DNA of 63,418 bases, filler included, from Octopus bimaculoides (Eukaryota), in the NCBI RefSeq assembly GCF_001194135.2. It is 5 parts of 3 records of this genome, joined end to end, with 100 filler letters (N's around TTAATTAATTAA, not from the genome) between each part and the next. Parts side by side here need not be neighbours in the genome. Positions count along the whole stretch, not along the records: positions 15,182 to 42,819 come from NC_068982.1; 4 more parts are not named here. One strand, given 5' to 3'. Within the stretch, counting starts at the first letter, position 1, and each line of letters opens with the position of its first letter. The notes beneath the pieces were generated by a model that saw nothing but the letters and a program-made list of their open reading frames with translations, made no database searches and was not told the DNA's origin. Below are positions 25,940 to 36,888 of this stretch, piece by piece. The position numbers and the translations under genes were made by a program.

Positions 25940-27900
25940 TGCATCATCATCATTATCATTTAACATCTGCTTTCCATGCTGGCATGGGTTAGACAGTTTG
26001 ACTGAAGACTGGCAAGCCAGTAGGCTGCACCAGTCTCCAATCTGATTTAGCAAGGTTTCTACAGCTAGATACCTTTCCTAATACCAACCACTCTGAGAGT
26101 GTAGTGCATGCTTTTTACATGCCACTGACACAAGAGCCAGTTAGGTGACACTGGCACCGACCACGTTAACATGGTGCCTTTTACATGCCACTGGCATGGT
26201 AGCAAGTCTACCGACACTGTCATCGACCACGTTTGGATGGTGCTTTTTATGTCCCACAGGCATAGGGAGCCAGTCAGGTGGCACTGGCATCAATCCACAC
26301 TTGAATGGTGCTTATTGTATGCCACTAGCATGGGTACCAGTCAGGCAGAGCTGGCATCGGTCGTGCCTACAGTTTCATGATACACAACAGGTCTTCTCAA
26401 GTGCAGCATATCACCCGATGATTCAAGGGTTCTTTTAAATGGGCTGGCTATACAACACTGATATCAGCCATGGCTGTAGTCTCACTTCACTTGCCGTGTC
26501 TTCTCAATCACAGCATATCTCCAAAGGTCTTGGTGTCTTGTCATTGCCTTTGTGAGGCCCAACGTTCGATTGATGTGCTTCACCACCTCATCTCGTGTCT
26601 ACCTGGGTCTACCTCTTCCACAGGTTCCTTCCACTGTTTGGGTATAACACTTCTTCACACAGCTGTCCTCGTCCATATGCAGCACATGATCATACCAGCA
26701 CCGTTGTCTCTCTTGCAAACCACATCTGTTGCTTCTTATGTCCAAATTTTCTCTCAGGGTGCACACTGACATCACACATCCAGCAGATCATATTAACTTC
26801 ATTTCTTTCAAGCCTACACATGTCCACAACAGTCGTGGTCCATGTTTCACTGCTGTGTAGCATGGCTGTTCACGTACATGCATTATACAGTGTACCTTTC
26901 ATTCTGAGTGAGAGGCCCTTTGTTACCAGCAGAAGTAGGAGCTTTCTGAACTTTGCCGAGGCTGTTCTTATTCTAGTGGCTACACTTTCAGTGCACCCTC
27001 CCCCACTACAGACTTGGTAACCTAGGTAGCTGAAGCTATGAACTACTTCTAGTTTCTTCCCTTGGCATGTGATGGAATCTGTTTTCTGTATATCTTCATT
27101 GTTTATTGTTCTTGTGCATCTGCCACAAACAAAAACTATCTTCCTGGTTAACCTTCCTTTGATATTGCTTCACCTCTTATGTATCCATAGCTTACATCAA
27201 GTACATTTTATGGAGTGTCTACCTACGCCTTTTCTACAGATTGAGCAGGGCCAGCTACTTGAGGGGGTTTGTGATTTCTCTGCTTTCCTACATACTAGGA
27301 CTTTGGTTTCTGCTAGATTAACTCTAAGGCCTTTCAATTCTAGACCTTGCTTCCATGCTTGAAATTTTATCTCTAGTTCTGATAGTGACTCAGCTATTGG
27401 AGAAAGGTCATCAGCATAGAAGAGTTCCCAAGGGTAGCCTTCCTTGAATTCCTCTGTTATTGCCTGGAGGACTATGATGCATAAGAGGGTGCTGAACCCC
27501 TATTTCTACTTGGAATTCTTCACTATACTCATTGCCAACCCTCACCTTACTGACAGCATCCCTGTACAGGGCTTGTACAGCTTTTGCCAACCACTCGTCT
27601 ATCCCTAGTTTCCACATTGGCTGCCAGATAAGGGATTGGGGTACCCTATGAAAGACTTTTTCCATATCAACAAAAGCTAAGTACAGAGGTTTATCTTTGG
27701 TTAGGTATTTCCCCTGCAGTTGCCTAAACAGAAATATAGCATCAGTGGTGCTTCTACCTGGCACAAAACCAAACTGCATCTCATCTAGGCTAACTTTCTC
27801 CTTAATTAGTTGGGCTATGACCCTCTCCATGACTTTCATTACCTGGTCCAGCAATCTGATACTCCTATAGTTATTCCTGTCTAAAGCATGTATATAAATG
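25940..27900 (-). mobile_element. RTE-type LINE (RT with embedded Cys/His motif, 3' UTR with about 90-bp repeats, (CAT)n tail), decayed
   Basis: NYRSIRLLDQVMKVMERV..QFGFVPGRSTTDAIF..AFVDMEK..YADDL..CSICRKGVG..CKLWIHKRC; tail agcatggaaagcagatgttaaatgat. Confidence 0.85.
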
Positions 27901-28078
27901 TGTATCATCATCATCATTTAACGTCCGCTTTCCATGCTAGAATGGGTTGGACGATTTGACTGGTGACTGGCAAACCAGATGGCTACACCATACTCCAATC
28001 TCCTCCAGCTGGCTTATCGACACACGACTGTGTCCTGTTTGCCAAGGGAAGTTATCCCTCTCACCTCGATCAGCAGCA

Positions 28079-28123
28079 CGAACGTATCCGGATTTCAGGG
28101 TTATTTCCCTTCGTCGGCGTTCG
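28079..28123 (-). ncRNA. Minimal type I HHR, left arm
   Basis: Same sequence as 28929-28973, on the minus strand. Confidence 0.8.
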
Positions 28124-28928
28124 ACAGCTGATGACCTTGGTGAGAGAGACAAAAACCTGGCAAATTTATATCTTCTTTTCCAGTGAAATTCTTCACTGAT
28201 ATTGAAAAGGTGAAAACAAGCAATGTTAATTCTCTAAATGAAGTATTAACAGTAACTGCACGATAAAGTGTAGTATATTGNNNNNNNNNNNNNNNNNNNN
28301 NNNNNNNNNNNNNNNNNNNNNNNNNNNNNNNNNNNNNNNNNNNNNNNNNNNNNNNNNNNNNNNNNNNNNNNNNNNNNNNNNNNNNNNNNNNNNNNNNNNN
28401 NNNNNNNNNNNNNNNNNNNNNNNNNNNNNNNNNNNNNNNNNNNNNNNNNNNNNNNNNNNNNNNNNNNNNNNNNNNNNNNNNNNNNNNNNNNNNNNNNNNN
28501 NNNNNNNNNNNNNNNNNNNNNNNNNNNNNNNNNNNNNNNNNNNNNNNNNNNNNNNNNNNNNNNNNNNNNNNNNNNNNNNNNNNNNNNNNNNNNNNNNNNN
28601 NNNNNNNNNNNNNNNNNNNNNNNNNNNNNNNNNNNNNNNNNNNNNNNNNNNNNNNNNNNNNNNNNNNNNNNNNNNNNNNNNNNNNNNNNNNNNNNNNNNN
28701 NNNNNNNNNNNNNNNNNNNNNNNNNNNNNNNNNNNNNNNNNNNNNNNNNNNNNNNNNNNNNNNNNNNNNNNNNNNNNNNNNNNNNNNNNNNNNNNNNNNC
28801 TGTTAATACTTCATTTAGAGAATTAACATTGCTTGTTTTCACCTTTTCAATATCAGTGAAGAATTTCACTGGAAAAGAAGATATAAATTTGCCAGGTTTT
28901 TGTCTCTCTCACCAAGGTCATCAGCTGT

Positions 28929-28973
28929 CGAACGCCGACGAAGGGAAATAACCCTGAAATCCGGATACGTTCG
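28929..28973 (+). ncRNA. Minimal type I HHR, right arm (U4C core variant)
   Basis: cgaacg-CCGACGA-aggg(aaataa)ccct-GAAA-TCCGGA-TA-cgttcg. 6-bp stem I, 4-bp stem II, palindromic ATCCGGAT stem III, AUA site. Confidence 0.8.
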
Positions 28974-29318
28974 TGCTGCTGGTCGCGGTGAGAGGGATAA
29001 CTCCCTTGGCAAACAGGACACAGTCGTGTGTCGATAAGCCAGCTGGAGGAGATGTCCTCCTGGGGCTAAAAGCAACAGTAACATCCACCCCTAGGGGTCA
29101 GCCACACTTAAGTGGCAATATACTACACTTTATCGTGCAGTTACTGTTAATACTTCATTTAGAGAATTAACATTGCTTATATATATATATATATATATAT
29201 AAAGTTTAATGAACACAGTATATATTCTTGAGCTACTAATAGTTTCATACAATGAAAATGACAGCATTTCATAACATGTCTAGTGCCATCATGCAATCTT
29301 CTGGCTGTTCTAACATAC

Positions 29319-29491
29319 ATTCAGATCCAAGAACTGCACTGCACTGATGAATTTCACATCTGATATTCTCATCTGATGTAAACACCTGGATAAGTTCCTG
29401 TTGGTGTTGTGGAAAGTACCACTCTGTTTGGATTGAGCTTCTGTACCACACACTGTAGACCAGTGCTACCTTTTCCGAACATGAGCTGGAT
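29319..29491 (-). CDS. Candidate host exon, product unknown
   Basis: Acceptor ttttattcttag and donor GTATGT; stop-free frame SSSCSEKVALVYSVWYRSS..CSAVLGSE. An alternative frame IQLMFGKGSTGLQCVVQKL.. is also open for 40 codons. Confidence 0.4.
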
Positions 29492-29739
29492 CTAAGAATA
29501 AAACAGTGTCAGTGGGCTGGACTCACATTTCTAGTCTTTCATTTTTTAATACACCTACCTGAAATGGTTTGAAAAAGTATTCAGAACTGTATTGATTGTA
29601 TTATTTTATTTACAGAAATTATTCATTATATAATTATTATTCATAACTCAATTTATACATGCATATGATGCTACTTCTACTTCGTCATTGCTATAAAAAA
29701 ATTATAGCTTCCAGATATTACATGTATAAATTAAATTGA

Positions 29740-30560
29740 CTTTTAACTTTTAACTTTCCGATCATTGCTGGTGCACCATCGGTAGCAATTCCCACCAGAC
29801 GATTGTCAGTCCTGCCTTTTCGAGTGCAGTATCGATTCCTTTGAAAACAGCAGCGCCTATGCAATTTCCTTTCATAGGTCATAGAGCAAGTAACTCTTCA
29901 GTGATATTAAAACTTGAATCAACACCTCTCACGAAAATCGCCAGTTGTGGCATATCAGTAATGTCAGAAGATTCATCGATGGCAATGCTGTAAACTTCAA
30001 AGTTTTTACTAAGTTTGTTCAAATGCACTTTTGTATTTTCAGTCAGTTCTTCAATCCTTCGGGTCATAGTATTTCACGACAAGCTAACACATTTTATAGC
30101 TTTCTCTTTCTCTGTGCATAGAATTTCAATCGCCGAGGTGATACATTGTTTAACAAAATCTCCTTCAGAAAAAGATTTCATGTTGTATGCAATCTTTTCA
30201 GCATTGATGAAACTTACTTTGGTATATTTTCTCGATTCATCATCTATTTTTCGAAAAATATTCTGTTGCAAGACTAAATTCCTTTGAAGTAAAAGCACTT
30301 TCTCCTTGCGTTGATCTCCTTCATAACAATTATGGGTCAAAGTGTGTTTTAATGTGTAATGATGTTTCACATTCTCAACTTTTGGAACTGCAATTGTTTC
30401 ACCACAAATCAGGCAGAGACATTTTGTATTTGATTCCACAAAGAAATACAAATTTGTCCATGCCTCATTAAGCCTGTGATTCTCTTTGTCTACCTTTCTG
30501 ATTTTTCTGACACCATGGATGAACAAAATTTGAAATTTATTGTGAAAAAGAAACTAATTT
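29740..30560 (-). mobile_element. hAT transposase remnant (SPIN/Buster, GTF2IRD2-like)
   Basis: WTNLYFF..CLICGETIAVPK.ENVKHHY..H (BED-like)..KSFSEGDFVKQC..SLS..TMTRRI..SIAIDESSDITDMPQLAIFVR..IATDGAPAMIG. Confidence 0.9.
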
Positions 30561-31857
30561 GCTCATCGGTATCAGAAGGCTTCCATATCAAAGGTTGTAC
30601 TGGGGTAAATTTGAAATTGAATCACTTCAAATGCCAGTTTTATTGATATGGAAAGTCATGTGATATTATTCCTAAGAAGCGACACCCTCAACCATGATAT
30701 ATTATTGTGGCACACACGTCTTCGACCTGCTGAGGTGAGTGCTCTGAGGCTTTTGATTGGAGGACTGAATCAACCAATCATACACACTGTAATAAGTCGC
30801 TTTTTACTGACTTTCGATCTCAGCAAACGGAAAGGCACTATTTTTAGACCTTACTCAACTCCATTCAACCAAAACTGAAAATCAGAACTATCAGTCACTT
30901 GACATTTTGGTGCTCCTGGGCAAGGTCTCAAATATCACCCCTTCCCATCTATTCAAACTCAGCTTAGGGAGCTCAGCCAGGGAGCAGGCGGAAACCCAAG
31001 TTCATGCAAAAAATTATAAAATGAAAAATTATTATGGAAATGTACTGGAAAAAAAAAAACAAGAAAAGAGTGATCGGATGCCGTGAATTTTTCAGATAGG
31101 GCCTATCATAGAAATAAATGTCAGGTTTGTTTGTCTATATGAGCGAGCATGGGGAATCAATTTCTATGCTTTCATGTTAACGCAGTGTGTATATATGAAG
31201 TGTTACTAACACAATGCCAGTGCCTATGGCCCTTGCTTGGGGGTGGGGTGAAGGAAGGCTTGTCCCCTGGGCAGCACTTCTCGTGGGAGCAGAGGCAGAA
31301 AAAACAGATATGCCATGCCCCCCTCCCCAGTCGGGGAGGGGCAGCACTTTTGTAAGCAATGGGCCTCCAGAGACCTGGACAAACAAAACCTGAAATTCAT
31401 TTCTATGGTTACAGCAATACACACAAAGAACACTGAGTGCAGAGTTGTGAGCTGCTTCGAGAACTGTTTATTGGTAGCCAATAATAATTTATTAATCAAA
31501 GAAAAATAACCATAGTAAGTTTCTGCATTAATATTAAAGAATAAGCTGAAGACTGACTAACAGGCTGGATTCTAAGGCTTCGTGGGCCTGACATTGGGCC
31601 ATAGACCCTTATCTGTTTGGCCTTATTATAGCTTTATGGTCAAAGGAGACATAACTTTAATTCTCCCTTTTTTCTTTTTCATTTTTTGGTGTTTTCATCC
31701 TTCCACTTCTTTCATCTACCTTCTAACCTTTTCTCTTATTCTGTTATCATCTTTTAGCTTGTATATGCCATATATATATATATAAACATACATATACATA
31801 TATGCACACACACATCTATACATATACATGTACACACATATGCACATACACACACAT

Positions 31858-32300
31858 ACAATAAGCTGCTTTCAGTTTTTGTCTATCAAATCCTACCGCA
31901 TAGCCTTGGGTACCCTAGGACTATAGTAGAAGACCTGTGCCCGAGGTGCCATGCAGCAAGAGTGAATCCAAAAGCAATGCCTGTGTCTGTCCAACCCATG
32001 CAGCATTGAAAATAGATGCAAAATGATTTATCATCATCATCATTTATTGTCAGTTTTCCATGCTGTCATGGATTAGATAGAAGCTGACCAGTTGGAGACC
32101 TGCCCCAGGCTTCACTTGCCTGATTTGATAGTTTCTGTGGCTGGATGCCCTTCCTAACACCAAACATTCACAAAGCATACTGGGGCTTTTTATGTGGAAC
32201 AAGCTTCAGCACTGTTAAGCAACACAAATCACCCTTTACATTCAGTGAAGTGGTTAGCTTTAGGAAGGGCATCCAGCCACAGAAACCATGCCAAAACACT
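31858..32300. mobile_element. Cluster of SINE and RTE-tail fragments in both orientations
   Basis: gctgctttcagttttt..ctatagtagaagac (minus SINE head). ttttccatgctg..ggatgcccttcctaac and ttaggaagggcatccagccacagaaac are inverted tail copies. Confidence 0.7.
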
Positions 32301-32305
32301 ATATA

Positions 32306-33035
32306 CAGGGTGCAGTAAATAAACTGTTGTCTAAATTATGCAAATAATGAAAATAATACATCTCATTTTAACAGATATATTTACCAAAATTACATTAAAA
32401 TATCTTGAAATACTAAAGAGTAAATTTATTCAATAAAATCGCTATTGGCTTCAACCACAGCCTTTAGATGACTTCAGAATCTCCTGCAACTCTTCTGGAC
32501 AGCCTCCTTGTTTAAGTTGGTGAATACAGCCATAATCTTTTCCTTCAGTTCATCTTTGGTGTTACAAAGTGTTCTGTTGGTCTCTTGTTCAACTGTCCCA
32601 CACATAATAATCAAGGGTGGTCAGATGTTGAGGGTGATGTTACAGAAATTGTCTGACTGCCATGATTGGGTTCTGCTTGTGTGGCATGGTGCAGAGTCCT
32701 GTTGCCAGATATTGGGTCTTCCAGCAGCCACCCTCTTGAACCAGGGCAGCAGTATCTCCTCCAGGCACTTGATGTAGTCCTCCATGTTGAGTCTGAGGCT
32801 GTGTTGGAAGATGAATGCAAGCATAATGTCGCCATCACTAATAATCACTCCAAACACTCTGAAATGTTGGTATTTCCAGCATAAATGCCAAGCAGTATAG
32901 CATGTCATTTCTAAATTTCTGGCAGAGTGAATTGCATCACGGTACTGTTTTTCTCAGGGACCGTGTCCAACTGACTCTAGTATACTGTATGAAATAAAAA
33001 CTATAAAATTGCGACAGTTTATCCATCGCAACCCG
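32306..33035 (-). mobile_element. Tc1/mariner non-autonomous copy with both TIRs and TA flanks
   Basis: TA|cagggtgcagtaaataaactgttg ... cgacagtttatccatcgcaacccg|TA. Internal LRLNMEDYIKCLEEILLPWFKRVAAGRPNIWQQDSAPCH; same family as 25222. Confidence 0.85.
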
Positions 33036-33364
33036 TATATGTATAGTTTGGTTATTAACTGCAGTGGATGAATGTGTTCAATTGTGAAGTGTGACAGATG
33101 AACACATATCCAGCTGTAGTTGTACTGTCACTTCATACATCCATTCATACAGACAGTATTATCAAGAACAGGCAAATTTCCCTCGTGTGCATTCAAAACA
33201 GTTCCTCTCTGATTGTTTTCAGCTTTAAACAGTTTTAAACTGCTAAATTTTTCTTGAACATTTTACAGTAAATGAATCATCACCAAAATTATAAATTGAT
33301 TTATTTTCAGTGGCCTTTCCTACTTTTCTTCAACACACTCAACTAGTATTAGTTTCAAATTTTA

Positions 33365-33565
33365 GCACAAGGTCATCAAGTTTGGGGGTGGGTGGGTTAG
33401 TTGATTACATTGACCTCTGTGCTTGACTAGTACTTACTTTTATCAACCCTGAAAGGATGGAAACCTAAGTTGACCTTGACAGAATTTGAACTCTGAACAT
33501 AAAGACAGATGAAATGCTGCTATGCATTTTGCCTAGCGTGCTCATGATTCTTCCAGTTCTTCCAA
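33365..33565 (-). mobile_element. SINE of the 13003 family, CpG-decayed
   Basis: Minus: atcatgagcacgctaggcaaaatgcatagc..gagttcaaattctgtcaaggtcaac..atcctttcagggttgataaaag. Confidence 0.7.
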
Positions 33566-33678
33566 CTAACATGGCAAATAACAACTTTAATGTGATTTCA
33601 CTTACTCCACACACACACACACACACAAGTGGAGTCAGCAAAGCAATGAATTAAGTGAGGAATTTAATATATAGTTGT

Positions 33679-33779
33679 TCACTCCTTAGACTCCTCTTCT
33701 TCTTCTAATTTCTCCCAGCAACAATAGAAGAGTCCACAGCAACAGCTATATGTTGAGGATCTAATTCTTGGAACAGAGT
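33679..33779 (-). CDS. Candidate terminal coding exon with Cys cluster and acidic tail
   Basis: Strong acceptor ttttttctaagtttttcacag; phase-1 frame (D)SVPRIRSSTYSCCCGLFYCCWEKLEEEEESKE-stop. Confidence 0.5.
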
Positions 33780-33854
33780 CTGTGAAAAACTTAGAAAAAA
33801 CATTTCATGTGTGGAAGCAAACCCTATAAAGTATACTAAAATGGAGAGAAAAAT

Positions 33855-35560
33855 GTCTATTTGTTCTTTAAACAGATCCACATTTACAGCTGTTTATAGA
33901 ATTGGGTTTTTACTTTGGATGAAGATGGCAGGATCTTTGGTACTGTGCAATGGTATCTAGTCCAGTGATTGGTGTAGCATTTGTTCCCAAGGTTGGGTGC
34001 TAGATCCTCCAAGATCTGCCATATGTATATGACTGTGTATTTTTCATGCCTTCTCTCCAGGAAGTAGAGCCTCAACTCTTTTAGCCTCCCCCAGTACTCC
34101 ACCTGTTACACCAAGGCAATCTTCTTGGTATAATGGCATTGAATTGCCTCAAGTTTTGCTGGGAGCAATAATTCAGATGACTGAGCAAAGATGTTCTCCA
34201 TTGGAGCACTATGACTTCCTTTTTCTATATTCTGAATGAGCTTAGAATTCATCCAGGTAGTTGCCTGCCCATTATCATCTTAGTAATATGCACAGAAAAT
34301 GATGCATCACCACTCTTGGTGAATTCCCAGGTCATGATCCAACTCCCAATCTGGGTTTGCAACACCCCTGTTCTTGTGTATTGTAATATCAGTTTGTTTG
34401 TGGGTTGACAGCAATGAAGTTCATATTGTCTTCAGCCCACTTGCATATTGCATTCAAATATTTTTGTAGCTTTGGGATATCTTCAGTATCCTTGATTTCT
34501 TGCGATACCTTTGTATCATCAGTATAGCTAGTGAGAGTGGCTAACTGTATGACTGAAAGCATGTTTCCCCTAGTTTACCAGCCATAATGCTATAGTAGCT
34601 CATTCCTGAATAGAAGCCTTGCTGCCTGTTAGTGCGTTTACCATTTTCTTCTAAGAACCTGATTAACTTCCTTCTTACAATGCATCTCATGGCTTTTCTG
34701 AAATGTGAGAGATAGGCCTATAATTTTTAGCAGCTCCTTCTTTTGTGGATAGGGGATCTGATGACTTCTTTTAGAATTTTGGGAAATTTGCTTATCCTCC
34801 TGGGGTGTACTGATAGTAAACCATTTTCTTCATAAAGTGGCCCTACCCTGTAGCACACCAAGGCAGATACTTTTGGTAAGTTGTGGAAGACTTTTAGATT
34901 TGTTTTTATATTTTCAACTGTCCAAATTTCTCTCCCCTTTCTTTTGCAAGAGGAAAGTGCTTTTTAAGGTGGAACTTCTTGCTACCATTAAGTTCTTTAT
35001 TTACTTCATCTCATAAGAACTCACCTATCTTTGGAAATTACGTTTGTGCATGTATTGTTTTTCTTTTCTCAGATCAGAACAAATTTAATGCATATAGTTT
35101 GCATTATTGACATAAATTGTTTGAGTTTCATGTTGATGGTTTGCATAGGGAATTTTTGAGGTGAATTTTATTTGAGCATTTCCTTTTAAAATATTCCTAG
35201 TCAGCTGTGTAGAAACCCAGACTGGGTAGAGTTTGCATGGATCTGTGTGGTATACATCTTCAAGTAGTTTCAGTCCATATATTGTCCATTCTATTATGCT
35301 GTGGTCTGAGAGAATTGTTGACGACACCTTCACATTGTGGATAAGTTCCCCAGTAATGTTAAAGCAGGAGTCTAGGATATTGTTCCTGGCTGGGTATAGA
35401 ACTGTTTGTTCCATGAACTTATTTTTCATGGTATCGAGTTGAGAGTTTTGGAGGATGTGTAAAAGTTGGAGAGGAATGTGGTAAACATCTGAAGCTTGTA
35501 CAAATGATAGTGCAAAGATGAACTTAGAGAAAAAGTGGGTATAAGAGGAATTGATTGTAG
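33855..35560 (-). mobile_element. CR1-like LINE, heavily decayed and internally deleted
   Basis: FMEQTVLYPARNNILD (endonuclease end), YRPISHISEK, YTDDTKV, YWGRLKELRLYFLERRHEKY; same family as 21240. Confidence 0.8.
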
Positions 35561-35917
35561 TGTACAAGAGAGAAGATTATACACTGGTTCAGATATGTCG
35601 TGTGTGAAGAATGACAGTTGGGTGAAGAAGTGTCAAGCAGTCAAAGTGGAAGGAAGATAAAGAAAGAAGTGGTGAAGGCTGATCTTAGGATGCTGAACCT
35701 CATGAAAGATGTGGCAAAGGACCTTAATAAGTAGTAGGATGGTTTGCTGAAAAAGGCCTGTCCAACCCATGCAAACATGGGAAAAAATGGAAAAAGAATG
35801 ATGCGTGTGTATTTTCTGTAAGTTAAAATTTAGTATTGTTTAGAATGAAATTATAGAAATGTTTCTTTTAAATAGTTTTCAAGTAATTATTTGCTCCACT
35901 TTCATTCTTATATTTAG

Positions 35918-36036
35918 CTTCAGAAACTGAGCAAATCAACTGTTGAAACTGATAAAGATGTTGAAAAGAAAATTTGGTTATTGATAATGCAGCATTTTCT
36001 ATCTAAAGAAAATTACTGTGAATATCTAATTCTGTG
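35918..36036 (+). CDS. Candidate host exon, product unknown
   Basis: Acceptor ttcattcttatatttag and donor TG|GTAAGT; only open frame is LQKLSKSTVETDKDVEKKIWLLIMQHFLSKENYCEYLIL. Confidence 0.4.
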
Positions 36037-36822
36037 GTAAGTATATTGTGAGCAAATTTGGCAAATAACAATATGTAGAACAACAAAAAGCGAAAAATTT
36101 TAATCATTGATCATAGTTTAATTTTGGATTTATATTGTATGTACTATATACCATCATGTATTCTATATACCACTTTGTTGATCAAAATCATGTTAGGTCT
36201 CAAATCACTAATAAATAATCTTATATGGAAAGTGTAACTACAACATTGCCAAAACAGCATCATAGGACTAGGCTTTCTTTTCAGATACAAATACTATTTC
36301 AGTTTTGAATAGCAGAGTACTACTCACATATTTAGGATGGAGCAGTTGCTGTACAAACAGATGCCTTACATAACATTAGTAAAATGGCACACTGACTGGT
36401 TTGCTGGCCTTAGCTCACTAATATGTTACAGTCAACAATGTAGCATGTTATATCTGTATTTCTTTTTTATGTTACAACAACAGTTCCTGTCCCTCTGAAT
36501 TAGGAACTGTACTTCATCATTCAAGCTAATGTGATTCACTAATCCTTTCTCTTCTTGCCAATTCTACTGTCTTAACTCCCAACCTCTGCGCTTAATATTT
36601 CATCCAAATCTTTGTATTGAAAACTGCAAACTTCAGGAACCTCCTCTCAATTTACATTTTCTTTACAGACACCTACCTATAGAAATTCAAGCACATAGAT
36701 CTCATAGCATGGAAAGGCCTTTATAAGTAATTGGTGCTCTTCTCCAAGTTAAAATACAAAAGATGGAAAACAAACCATTAAATCATAGGGCCACCAGATG
36801 AAGACTTTGTCTTTAGGTTATG

Positions 36823-36888
36823 AAATCCTTCCACAATGCAGCTTGAAGAGAGCCAAGGCTCTCTTCAAGCTGCATTGTGGAAGGATTT
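36823..36888. repeat. Perfect inverted repeat, 32-bp arms, 2-nt spacer
   Basis: aaatccttccacaatgcagcttgaagagagcc-aa-ggctctcttcaagctgcattgtggaaggattt. Confidence 0.97.

Larger units (their letters stand above)
27998..29178. mobile_element. Retrozyme-like non-coding element: 344-bp head-to-tail unit with HHR, two divergent inverted arms around a gap
   Basis: 28800-28834 recurs at 29144-29178 (period 344). 27998-28280 is the reverse complement of the unit, spans the unit junction, and has about 3 differences. HHR in both arms; CpG retained; no protein homology recognised. Confidence 0.7.

Noticed and set aside
28126-28235. CTGATGA..GAAA on the opposite strand of the retrozyme unit as a second HHR
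   Set aside because: Stem II needs a bulge and stem I cannot pair; likely coincidental.
28990-29080. HDV-like ribozyme (P4-like hairpin followed by GGCTAA)
   Set aside because: No P1/P1.1/P3 nested pseudoknot could be built.
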